Origin: an uncultured virus (IMG/VR IMGVR_UViG_3300037264_003342)
Lineage: Duplodnaviria; Heunggongvirae; Uroviricota; Caudoviricetes
Virus record (IMG/VR): IMGVR_UViG_3300037264_003342
DNA: 22,714 nucleotides
Strand: one strand, 5' to 3'
The notes under the pieces are model-generated. The model saw nothing but the letters and a program-made list of their open reading frames with translations. It did no database searches and had not been told where the DNA came from. The translations under genes were made by a program, and so were the position numbers. Shown here in pieces: positions 1-7,851 of the stretch. Every line of letters begins with the position of its first letter. Position 1 is the stretch's first letter.

Positions 1-540
1 AGCGCAGCCAAGGTCGAGCGCATCGCCAACTTCCTCGCGGAGCACGTTGCGTCGAGCGTGACGCACCTCGAAGTGCAGATCGGCTTCGAGGCCGGCGAAG
101 AGCTGCGCGCAGCTCGCGACCCTCACAGCGCCGGCAAGGCAACGACGCGCCGCGTCAACCGCTTCCCGCTCATGGAGGCCGGCCTCTGCCGCTGCCGCAC
201 AATCGACCTCATCAAGCAGAGCGGCTTCGAGGTGCCCAATGGCTCGGCTTGCACGTTCTGTCCGTTCTCGAAGTGGGACGACTTCAAGCGGCTCTCGGAG
301 CAGCTCCCCGAGACGTTCGCCCAGACGCAGAAGCTCGAAGACGACTGCAAGCGCACCAAGAAGGGCTTGGTCATGCGCTACGACTACATGAAGGGCGACG
401 GCTCCGACCGTCGGCTCACCGACCGCGTGCGGCTCCCGTACGCGCGCCAGGTCAAGGCCTGCGCGGTCTGTGGTAGAACGGAGAAGGCCCAGAAGAAGAC
501 GAGCTGCGAGCCGATCTCGCAGTTCCCGGTGGTGTCGTGA
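1..540 (+). CDS. PAPS-reductase-like (PP-loop) phage protein, C-terminal part (5' truncated by window)
   Basis: Frame open from base 1. IGFEAGE..R, RFPL.E, and SACTFCPF followed by W..L...PE.F.....LE match the C-terminal half of phage PAPS-reductase-like proteins. Extra C-terminal CAVC. Confidence 0.7.
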   Translation, partial: SAAKVERIANFLAEHVASSVTHLEVQIGFEAGEELRAARDPHSAGKATTRRVNRFPLMEAGLCRCRTIDLIKQSGFEVPNGSACTFCPFSKWDDFKRLSEQLPETFAQTQKLEDDCKRTKKGLVMRYDYMKGDGSDRRLTDRVRLPYARQVKACAVCGRTEKAQKKTSCEPISQFPVVS

Positions 541-1568
541 CTCCCCGCTACACGTACATGCGCGATCCGATGCCTGGGGGCATGCGCGCGACCTGTTCAT
601 TCTGCGTGAGGCCCATCGAAGTCCACGCGAACGGCCGTCTCGTGCGCCACGGCTGGACAGAGGAAGGCCGCAAGGCCGGTCAGTACGGCCTCGGTCGCCA
701 GTGGGGGGAGTGCCCCGCGACTGGCGACATGCCGCTGGAGCAGAGCGACCTCGACGGTCTGCGGCACGTCGGAACACTCACTGATGCACGGGACCGCTGG
801 TTGGAGCAGGCCGAGGGGCACCGGAGGGGATTGCAGCACTACTCCCGCAAAGTGACCGGCAAGCCCGAGGAGTGGATCGCGGCTCGGACGTCTGGGAGCT
901 ACCCCAACGCACAGCGCCATGCGTACTTGACGTCGGGTTTGGAGATGGATAGCACGAGGACCGAAACCGTAAAGCCTAGCTTCGGGCGCGAGTACGTTGT
1001 CGAGGTTCGCATGTTTCGGATCCCGAGGGGCTTCGAGGCCGTGACGGGCTACGACTTCAAAATTCCAAGCTACGAGGCCCTGCGCGCAGCCCACGAACAC
1101 GAAGCCCGCGAGCAGGCCAAGGCCCTCGACGAAGCCCGCCTGGCTCTCCAGGCCGCCATCGCGTACCACGCCGTACACGAGCCCGAGCGCAAGGTCGAGG
1201 CCAAGGCCGACACGTTGCACCTGGCGGCGCGACGCTTCCACTCGATGGGCAATCCCGCCCGCGCTGCGTGCGGCTCATCGAGCATCTACGCGAAGACGAC
1301 CGAGGACCGCTCTCTCGTGACTTGCTCGCGCTGCTTGCGGAGCATGGAGGCTGACCAGAAGGCCGCCGACGAGCAGGCCGCTGTCGTGGCTCTGGCGGCC
1401 CGCGTCGAGGCATACCTGCGCGAGCACGGCCCGAGCAAGGTAAGCACTCTGCGCGCGGCTCTGGGCGTCGCAGACGCCAAGACGATGAACCGCGCTCTGG
1501 AGAAGAGCGCAGCGCGCAGTGATTTCGATTCGCCTGCGAAGTGGCACATTGCATATCCGCATAGCTAG
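537..1568 (+). CDS. Multi-domain hypothetical protein: N-terminal Zn finger, coiled coil, second Zn finger, C-terminal winged helix (Z-alpha-like)
   Basis: GTGA overlap with upstream stop. Motifs TCSFC...RHG...ECP and LHL...ACG...VTCSRC. C-terminus YLREHGP...ALGVADAKTMNRAL...PAKWHI. Confidence 0.75.
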   Translation: MTPRYTYMRDPMPGGMRATCSFCVRPIEVHANGRLVRHGWTEEGRKAGQYGLGRQWGECPATGDMPLEQSDLDGLRHVGTLTDARDRWLEQAEGHRRGLQHYSRKVTGKPEEWIAARTSGSYPNAQRHAYLTSGLEMDSTRTETVKPSFGREYVVEVRMFRIPRGFEAVTGYDFKIPSYEALRAAHEHEAREQAKALDEARLALQAAIAYHAVHEPERKVEAKADTLHLAARRFHSMGNPARAACGSSSIYAKTTEDRSLVTCSRCLRSMEADQKAADEQAAVVALAARVEAYLREHGPSKVSTLRAALGVADAKTMNRALEKSAARSDFDSPAKWHIAYPHS

Positions 1569-1612
1569 GAGTAGAAGACTGCGAGGGCCCGGTGGGCCCA
1601 GAGGAGACGGGA

Positions 1613-1786
1613 ATGATCAAGGGGAAGCACTACGAGGCAGGAGAGCTGCACGGAGCGGAGCTACTGCCGAGGACCGAAGAGACTGCTCCTGGCGACCCAG
1701 AGCCACGCTACCGGACAGGGCGACCGAAACGAGGTCGGTATCGTCGACCGACGGCGGCCCCCGAGGTTACACTGGAGCCGAAGTGA
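1613..1786 (+). CDS. Small hypothetical protein (57 aa)
   Basis: GAGGAG upstream of ATG 1613; stop overlaps next GTG (GTGA). Confidence 0.5.
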   Translation: MIKGKHYEAGELHGAELLPRTEETAPGDPEPRYRTGRPKRGRYRRPTAAPEVTLEPK

Positions 1787-2166
1787 GCCGGCTACTCCAG
1801 CTCTGTCTCTCGCTCTGGAAGCGCTTGCGCTGGTGGTTCTCCGGCGGCGTACTCTCGGCCCAACTCCGAGATGAAGGCTCGGAGACTCGCTCCGAGGCGG
1901 AGCTGGCCGTCGAGAGAGTCGTGATGCAGACACACATCGCTCCCGACTGCGTCGTGGCGACTGTCATGCGCGGAGGGCCTTGCATCATCCTGACGCACGA
2001 CGGAGCGAAGGAGGCCTTCATCCACAAGAGCTACACGCAAGCGGCCGACAAGGCGATCGAGTGGTTGGAGAAGAACACCGTGCGGACGAAGAAAGCTTCG
2101 CGTCTCTCGCACCACAAGCGCCAAGCGTTCAACCGAAAGCGGTTGAAGCGCCGGAGGATGCAGTGA
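1783..2166 (+). CDS. Hypothetical protein with basic C-terminal tail
   Basis: GTG 1783 coupled to upstream TGA, GGAG upstream; tail HHKRQAFNRKRLKRRRMQ. Confidence 0.65.
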   Translation: MSRLLQLCLSLWKRLRWWFSGGVLSAQLRDEGSETRSEAELAVERVVMQTHIAPDCVVATVMRGGPCIILTHDGAKEAFIHKSYTQAADKAIEWLEKNTVRTKKASRLSHHKRQAFNRKRLKRRRMQ

Positions 2167-2357
2167 AGCGCGAGGTGAATTGGTACCAAGTGCGCGAGCT
2201 GATGCGCAAGTCGTTCACTGGGAGAGGTCTATCCGATGAGGAACAGAAGATCGTGGCGGCTGCGTACCGCTCAGATCCAGGTCGCTACAAAGGTGAAAGT
2301 AAAGACGTGATGGCAGAGGAGCGCGCGGCTATCAATCCGCTCGCAAAGTGGAAGTGA
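2163..2357 (+). CDS. Small hypothetical protein (MKREVNWYQVRELMRK...)
   Basis: GGAGGA RBS; GTGA overlaps at both ends. Confidence 0.65.
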   Translation: MKREVNWYQVRELMRKSFTGRGLSDEEQKIVAAAYRSDPGRYKGESKDVMAEERAAINPLAKWK

Positions 2358-3271
2358 AGATCTCGACGCCAGTCGATGAGCTGAACCAGAAGCTTGCCGC
2401 AGTCGGGACTGGAGTTCTGCAGGTTCGTCTAGACGTCTGGGTTGCTGTTCGGTACGGAGAGCTTCTCTACGACGTCTACATCGGCACTCTCGGAGTCGCT
2501 CCGAACCCCGTGCTCGTGATCGCAACCGACACGAGGGAGAAGGCCGAGAGAGTCTTGGCCATCGGCTTCGAGGACGCCGACCTCGTACCGAACACGAGCG
2601 GCTTGCGGTGCTACCTCTGGGCCCTCGCCTACGAGTCAGACGCTCTCAAAGCGCACGTCGAGAGCCGCCTGTCGGAGCTGCGGGCGTCCGTGGCTCGGCG
2701 CATGGAGAGGGAAGCCCGCGAGCATGCGGGGGAGGTAGCGATAGCCCAGCGTGAGGCGCGTGAGGCTCTGCAGAGCGTGGCGGCTCTGCGGAAATACTCA
2801 GCAGCGGCTGCTGCCAAGCGGGAGTACACCGCAGCACTCGATGCAGCGCTTGCTGCAGCGCGCACCGCAGCTCCCAAGGCTGTACTGCCGTCCGAGTTCA
2901 TCCCGAAACCCTACTGCAAGCTCTGCCGAGGGCCGATCATCGCCCCCGGCCGGAAGTTCGAGGACGGCTTCCGGCACGTTGGCTGCCGGCCCAAGAAAGA
3001 GCCAGCACAGCGGCCTGCGCCATGGCAGGCACAGAAGAAGTTCCGCGAGCCCGAGCGCGTCGTGGGTTGGGACGAGCAGGGGCAGCCCATCTACCGGCAC
3101 GGGGAGCGTCGGGAAGCTGACGGGGTCTGGATCTGCCCTCCAGGGTGGATCGTGAAACCTATCCGAGCGCGAAGGGCGCTCGTGGTTGTGGGTTGGAGCC
3201 ATACGCCAACGGGCATCCACGACAAGCACGACGATCCGGCCGACTTTGTCGGTGAATTCTTGGAGTTGTGA
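2354..3271 (+). CDS. Hypothetical protein with Ala-rich coiled coil and CxxC...HxxC Zn finger
   Basis: GTGA overlap; CKLCRGPI...FRHVGC; long Ala/Arg/Glu helix. Confidence 0.7.
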   Translation: MKISTPVDELNQKLAAVGTGVLQVRLDVWVAVRYGELLYDVYIGTLGVAPNPVLVIATDTREKAERVLAIGFEDADLVPNTSGLRCYLWALAYESDALKAHVESRLSELRASVARRMEREAREHAGEVAIAQREAREALQSVAALRKYSAAAAAKREYTAALDAALAAARTAAPKAVLPSEFIPKPYCKLCRGPIIAPGRKFEDGFRHVGCRPKKEPAQRPAPWQAQKKFREPERVVGWDEQGQPIYRHGERREADGVWICPPGWIVKPIRARRALVVVGWSHTPTGIHDKHDDPADFVGEFLEL

Positions 3272-3332
3272 ATAGGACAGAAGTCGGCCGCGTCGAAGGG
3301 GAAAGCGGCCCTGGAAGGGCCAGGAGGAACCG

Positions 3333-4643
3333 ATGAAAATCGAACTGACGATCAAGACGACGTACTTGCCCGAGTGGGGTGTCTGGGAAGGCATCCGAGA
3401 GCTGGTGCAGAACGGCAAGGACGCCGAAACCGAGTTCGGCGCTCCGCTCACGGTGCGCCACCGAGCCGAGAGCAACACGCTCGTCATCGAGAACGAGGGC
3501 ACGGTGCTCCCGCACGAGGCTCTGCTCCTCGGCTACACGAGCAAGACCGACCGAAGCGACATGATCGGCAAGTTCGGCGAGGGCCTCAAGCTCGGCATCC
3601 TCGCGCTCGTGCGCAAGGGCATCAAGGTCAAGATCCGCTCCGGCTCCGAGGTCTGGGTGCCGGCCATCGTGCGCAGCGAGAAGTTCGACGCTGATGTGCT
3701 CGCGTTCACGATCTACACAGGCCGCGAGGACAAGTCGCGCGTCTCGGTCGAGATCGGCGGAGTCGACAAGGACATCTGGACGACCATCAAGTCGAAGTTC
3801 CTCTTCCTCACGCCGCCAAAGGACGCCATCAAAACCTACCACGGCTCGATCCTTCCGGGCGCTGACTACCTCGGCAAACTCTACGTCAAGGGAATCCTCG
3901 TCCAGCAGAACGCGCCGTACCAGTACGGATACGATCTGAATGGTGTCGAGGTCGACCGCGACCGCAAGATGATCGACCAGGCGTCGCTCAAGTGGCGCTT
4001 GTGCTCGATCTGGAGAGACGCGCTCTCGGCCCGGCCTGAGATGACCAACGAGTTCCTGCGGCTCTTGGACGCCCAAGCGCAAGACCTCGACGGCTTGGAC
4101 AACTACACGGCCAAGCAGCTCCCCGAGGGCGTCCGCAAGGACATCGCCGCTCGCTTCTGTGAGCAGCACGGAGCCGAGGCCGTGCCGGTGACAAACCTCG
4201 CCGAGAGCGCCGAGGTTGGGCACCTCGGAGCCAACGGGGTCGTCTGCCCGCCGTCGCTCCGGGCCATCCTCGAAGCTGAGATCGGCACGGTCGCGGAGCA
4301 GAAGCAGAAGCTCGCCAACATGCCGAAGCACAACTACTCGTGGAGCGAGCTGACCACGGCCGAGCGGGCGAGCCTGGAGAGCGCGCTCGCGCTCGTGAGC
4401 GGAGAGGCCGAGGTCACGCTCGCGGATGTCGACGTGTGCGACTTCCGCGACGAAGACTTGGGTGGCCTCTACAACGGGCGCGTGCTCATCGCCAAGAAGA
4501 AGCTCGCCGACCAGGACGAGACGCTCAAGGTGCTCGTTCACGAGACGGCCCACAAGCAGGGGCACGACGGCGAGAAGAGCCACGTCGCCGAGATCGAGCG
4601 CATCTGGAGTGGTATCGTCGCGAAGCTGCGGAGGGCGTCGTGA
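3333..4643 (+). CDS. GHKL-type ATPase with C-terminal HExxH zinc-metallopeptidase-like domain
   Basis: AGGAGG RBS; N-box IRELVQNGKDA, G-box IGKFGEGLKLG; C-terminal LVHETAH...HDG..H; strong GC3 codon bias. Confidence 0.8.
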   Translation: MKIELTIKTTYLPEWGVWEGIRELVQNGKDAETEFGAPLTVRHRAESNTLVIENEGTVLPHEALLLGYTSKTDRSDMIGKFGEGLKLGILALVRKGIKVKIRSGSEVWVPAIVRSEKFDADVLAFTIYTGREDKSRVSVEIGGVDKDIWTTIKSKFLFLTPPKDAIKTYHGSILPGADYLGKLYVKGILVQQNAPYQYGYDLNGVEVDRDRKMIDQASLKWRLCSIWRDALSARPEMTNEFLRLLDAQAQDLDGLDNYTAKQLPEGVRKDIAARFCEQHGAEAVPVTNLAESAEVGHLGANGVVCPPSLRAILEAEIGTVAEQKQKLANMPKHNYSWSELTTAERASLESALALVSGEAEVTLADVDVCDFRDEDLGGLYNGRVLIAKKKLADQDETLKVLVHETAHKQGHDGEKSHVAEIERIWSGIVAKLRRAS

Positions 4644-4933
4644 AAGAGCGCTACACGATCTGGGTTGTCTACGAACCCTACGACGGCCTTCCTGAGGTTG
4701 TTTCTGTCGAAGTCGAGGAGACGTCGAAGCAGGCCAAGATCTTGAAAAGAATACCAGCGCTCATGTTCAGAGTTCAGTTTGACAAGGCCGACGAGAGGCT
4801 CACACACCGAACACCCGAGGCAGCCGTCAAGTTCTGGCACAAACTGAACGTCAAGGAGATTTCGAGCCTGGAGCGCAGGATCTCAGAGCTGAAAGCTCTC
4901 AACGCGAAGACACCGCGCAAGAGGACCACATGA
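4640..4933 (+). CDS. Hypothetical protein (MKERYTIWVV...)
   Basis: GGAGG RBS; GTGA overlap upstream and ATGA overlap downstream. Confidence 0.7.
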   Translation: MKERYTIWVVYEPYDGLPEVVSVEVEETSKQAKILKRIPALMFRVQFDKADERLTHRTPEAAVKFWHKLNVKEISSLERRISELKALNAKTPRKRTT

Positions 4934-5379
4934 CCACGCTCAAGTACTACGTCGAAACCTACGGCTTCGGGAGTGAGAGCGAGCGCTTCGCTGCCGGGGC
5001 TCTGCCCGAGGACGACCTCGACGCGATTGTCTACCGAGGCATCTGGGAGCACCTCGTGCTCATGGGCGGGCCGTTCTACAAGAGGAAGCGCCTCTCGCAC
5101 GAGGAAGTGGAGCGCGTCGCTGTCATGCACCGCATGGCCGAGCCTGGCGACCGAGTCACGTTCGAGGTCATCGAGCCGGCCGACGAGTTCGACGCCGAGG
5201 AGTGGGAGACGTTGAAGCAGTTCCGGCTGGCAGCCGAGAGGCTCGAAGGAGCGAACGTGGTCGTGACCCCGTTCTGGGTCGTCGCCCACTGCGGCCGGAA
5301 GGCCCTGCGGACGGCCTACGCGCGGCTCACGATGGAGTTAGAAGGCCGGCCGTACAAGGTGGAGGTGTGCTTGAAATGA
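4930..5379 (+). CDS. Hypothetical protein
   Basis: GAGGA RBS, ATGA coupling, host-like codon bias. Confidence 0.75.
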   Translation: MTTLKYYVETYGFGSESERFAAGALPEDDLDAIVYRGIWEHLVLMGGPFYKRKRLSHEEVERVAVMHRMAEPGDRVTFEVIEPADEFDAEEWETLKQFRLAAERLEGANVVVTPFWVVAHCGRKALRTAYARLTMELEGRPYKVEVCLK

Positions 5380-5957
5380 CGGTACCTGAAGATCTCGATG
5401 TTTCGCTGCGCACGCTCATCCGAGTGCTCACCCACTTGGGCATGGAAGGGATCTCGAAGCTCGTCTTCCCTCCTCCTGATGGCTACAAGTTCCGGGTCAT
5501 GCTCGTGCCTCTCATGGAGCCGGAGCTGGAGCCGGAGCTGGAGCCGGTTGATCGAGCAGTTGTGCGTCTCGCTACGCTCTCAGAGCTGGCGCACGCAGAC
5601 CTCCCCTGCGATGCGTGGGCCCACGGCATCGGGATCTGGGTCACTGCCGGCCGTTTCGGCGACTACGTAACAGAACCTGCCAAGTGCATCGGGCGCGCAG
5701 TTCAAGAAGCGAGTCGCCAGGCTCGTGAGGCTGCCGCCGGAGCAAGCGATGCACCCATCACCAACTACTGGGAGGGCAAATCAGCGTTCCACCGTTTCGA
5801 GCGGCCCATCGTCGCTCCGTACGACCCCAAGCTCACCTACGAGTTCCGAGGGCTCTTGTGCGACGTCCACGGTCAGCAGCCGCACCGCCGAGAGCGACAC
5901 GCAGTAGGGCCGTGGAGCTGCACGGTCTGTGCTCCTGCACCTGAAGAGGGCGCATGA
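5376..5957 (+). CDS. Hypothetical protein with C-terminal CxxH...CxxC Zn finger
   Basis: ATG 5376 overlaps upstream TGA; CDVH...WSCTVC; internal EPEL repeat. Confidence 0.7.
   Translation: MTVPEDLDVSLRTLIRVLTHLGMEGISKLVFPPPDGYKFRVMLVPLMEPELEPELEPVDRAVVRLATLSELAHADLPCDAWAHGIGIWVTAGRFGDYVTEPAKCIGRAVQEASRQAREAAAGASDAPITNYWEGKSAFHRFERPIVAPYDPKLTYEFRGLLCDVHGQQPHRRERHAVGPWSCTVCAPAPEEGA
5515..5547 (+). repeat. 12-bp tandem repeat TGGAGCCGGAGC x2.75 encoding EPELEPELEP
   Basis: Seen directly: tggagccggagc tggagccggagc tggagccgg. Confidence 0.85.
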
Positions 5958-6388
5958 ATCCCTTCAGCCGCCTTCGCAAGTTCTTCTTCCCGACGCCCAA
6001 GGAGGTCGCGCAGAAGCAGCTCCGGCTCTTGCTCCCAGAGCACCAGGCCGCGATGTGGGACGACCTCATCGGGAACGAGTTCCACCGAGCCGAGGCGAAG
6101 CCTGGGACGAACGAGCAGAGCTACGAGACGCTCAAGGCGGTCGAGGCCGTGCTCGTGGAAGTCGGCCGCGAAGTGCGCGATGAGATGCCCAACACGGCGT
6201 TGGACTACGATCTCGACTACGGAGATCTCCTGAACTACGTACACAAGAGCTGCAGCTACGCTCACGCCGCGCGTCGCGAGTACGAGCAACTTCTGTTCGG
6301 CGGCAAGACTGACCGACGGTTGGCGTACGAGCGCGGGGAGTACGTGCCCGAAGAGGACGAAGCGGACGAAGAGGACGACGATGAGTGA
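5954..6388 (+). CDS. Hypothetical protein with acidic C-terminal tail
   Basis: ATGA coupling; ends EEDEADEEDDDE. Confidence 0.75.
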   Translation: MNPFSRLRKFFFPTPKEVAQKQLRLLLPEHQAAMWDDLIGNEFHRAEAKPGTNEQSYETLKAVEAVLVEVGREVRDEMPNTALDYDLDYGDLLNYVHKSCSYAHAARREYEQLLFGGKTDRRLAYERGEYVPEEDEADEEDDDE

Positions 6389-6773
6389 CCCCATCAGCGA
6401 CGAGGCGAGGCTTGCGATGGCGCGGGAGGTGTACCCGGATTGTACCGACGAAATTCTCAACACACTGCTGTGGCAGTGGAACCATGAGGGCAGTCTCCCC
6501 GTCCTCGACGCCGCCGTGCGGTACAAGACAGAGCGGGATGCGGCGGAGAAGCGAGCGAACGACTGGCAGCGCGCCTCCGACGAAGCGGATCACCACATCG
6601 ACCGTCTGCGCGACAGGGCTCTCGCCGCCGAGCGCGAGCGGAACGACGTGTTCGCGCGGCTGCGAGAAGCCGTGGCCGGTCAGTCCGTCGTGCTAAGTCC
6701 GCTGCGCTGGATCGTTCCCGAAGCCTTTCCAAAGGAGCCGCCTGCCGACGCGGGGGAGCGAGGAGGCGAGTAA
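6381..6773 (+). CDS. Hypothetical coiled-coil protein
   Basis: GAGGA RBS; 8-nt overlap with upstream gene; ERDAAEKRA...ALAAERERN helix. Confidence 0.7.
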   Translation: MSDPISDEARLAMAREVYPDCTDEILNTLLWQWNHEGSLPVLDAAVRYKTERDAAEKRANDWQRASDEADHHIDRLRDRALAAERERNDVFARLREAVAGQSVVLSPLRWIVPEAFPKEPPADAGERGGE

Positions 6774-6776
6774 CTG

Positions 6777-6986
6777 ATGGGTCTAGTTCGTCAAGCGTGG
6801 CTCAAGTGCGACGGTTGTGGGGCTACTCATGCTGTCGACAACGAGAGCGACGTGGCGGTCTTTGTAAGATCCGTATCTCCTGTCGAGGACAACACCTCGT
6901 GGCCCCTCCCCGCTGGATGGACTGCAAAACACAAACACGGGGCTGAAAGCGGCGTGCTATGCCCAGCCTGCTCTGAGAGCACGTAG
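6777..6986 (+). CDS. Small Zn-finger protein (CxxC...CxxC)
   Basis: AGGAGG upstream; KCDGCG...LPAGW...LCPACS. Confidence 0.7.
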   Translation: MGLVRQAWLKCDGCGATHAVDNESDVAVFVRSVSPVEDNTSWPLPAGWTAKHKHGAESGVLCPACSEST

Positions 6987-7113
6987 ATGACCGAGGTCTA
7001 CGTCAGCGTCGACATCGAGGCCGACGGCCCCATCGCACGTCGCTGTCGACGACGCGGTCGAGCAGGGCCGGATGTTCTTCAAGATGCTGGAGCGCCGCAG
7101 AGCGGAGCGCTAG
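6987..7113 (+). pseudogene. DEDDh 3'-5' exonuclease (Rv2179c-like) remnant with large internal deletion and frameshift
   Basis: 6987-7034 encodes the ExoI motif MTEVYVSVDIEADGPI. After one extra base, 7036-7113 encodes the ExoIII motif HVAVDDAVEQGRMFFKMLERRRAER*. The middle of the gene is absent. Confidence 0.75.
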
Positions 7114-7835
7114 GGCATCTGCGACGGGTGCGTCTTCGGCCTCGGGAGGTACAACACCGACACTATTGCTGTCGTGCCCGCAACAAGCCGAGCTTCGCAG
7201 CGCTCTCCAGACTGCAGCGAGGGGGCTATGCCGTTGGCTGCAGCGTAAGAGTCTGGACCAACGACCACACTCCCTAATTTGAGTGTCGGAAATCCCTCTT
7301 TAACAAGTCGAAATTCAACGGTTGCTCCTCCGAGTCCTCCAAACACCACGATAGCGAACCCGAGCAAGCTCAAGATTTGACCAGCCGAGCTTTCAGGAAA
7401 AACACTCTTCCACTCGGAGTCGATCTTCGTTCTTTCGCGTTTCACTGAAACATCACTGAAGGTTGCGAAGACGTTCACGCGATCCCCGACTGACGACGGC
7501 AGGATGGTGGCCGTTACGAATTCGTCGCTCAAGATAGGAAAAGGCGCATTGACGAATTGGTTATTCTGCGCAGTAAGTGTACCGGACCCAATGTTCGACG
7601 GCCCATCGGGGTCTACTACTTCGACTCTGAAGTCGATCGGAGAGGCCGTCGGATTGAAGAGCAAGACGCCTGTGCTCTCAAACGAGACGCCAGTGCCTAC
7701 ACCTCGCAAGTAACCCGAATTCGCGGATGGGGGTTCAACGATCGTCTTCGTCACGGGCGCAGAGCCGCGCAGAAGCTCGAAGACGCGCGTCTCCGATGGG
7801 AAGCTCAGGATGCTGCTGTGGAGGAGGCCGGACAT
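7110..7835 (-). CDS. Two-domain beta-sandwich (jelly-roll-like) protein, paralogue of 8939-9706; probable virion protein
   Basis: Alternating beta-strand pattern. Aligns by eye with 8939-9706 (VNVFATFSDV.VKRERT vs INAFASAADL...KRPRT; GGATVEFRLVK vs GGPSETRFRLLK; LQSGERCEARL vs LYKGDAIQAKL). Lower GC than neighbours. Confidence 0.7.
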   Translation of the reverse strand: MSGLLHSSILSFPSETRVFELLRGSAPVTKTIVEPPSANSGYLRGVGTGVSFESTGVLLFNPTASPIDFRVEVVDPDGPSNIGSGTLTAQNNQFVNAPFPILSDEFVTATILPSSVGDRVNVFATFSDVSVKRERTKIDSEWKSVFPESSAGQILSLLGFAIVVFGGLGGATVEFRLVKEGFPTLKLGSVVVGPDSYAAANGIAPSLQSGERCEARLVAGTTAIVSVLYLPRPKTHPSQMP

Positions 7836-7851
7836 CGGCTCGAAGCGTTCT

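Noticed and set aside
1549..1600. + strand promoter TTGCAT-17-TAGAAG and GGGCCC inverted repeat, loosely similar to 3272-3325
   Set aside because: The -10 lacks the conserved final T, and the similarity between the two gaps is too short to support a call.
3159..4583. 474-aa - strand ORF (likewise 7810-8976 + and 18812-19579 - as single long proteins)
   Set aside because: Shadow or alternative frames produced by high GC3 bias. Only the last 55 codons of 18812-19579 show real paralogy.
7035..7036. Programmed frameshift rescuing the exonuclease
   Set aside because: No slippery sequence, and the joined product would be only about 41 aa, lacking ExoII and most of the fold.
6987..7277. 96-aa ORF as an intact gene
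   Set aside because: After residue 16 it becomes non-protein-like and overlaps the convergent gene by about 170 nt; better explained as a deleted exonuclease.
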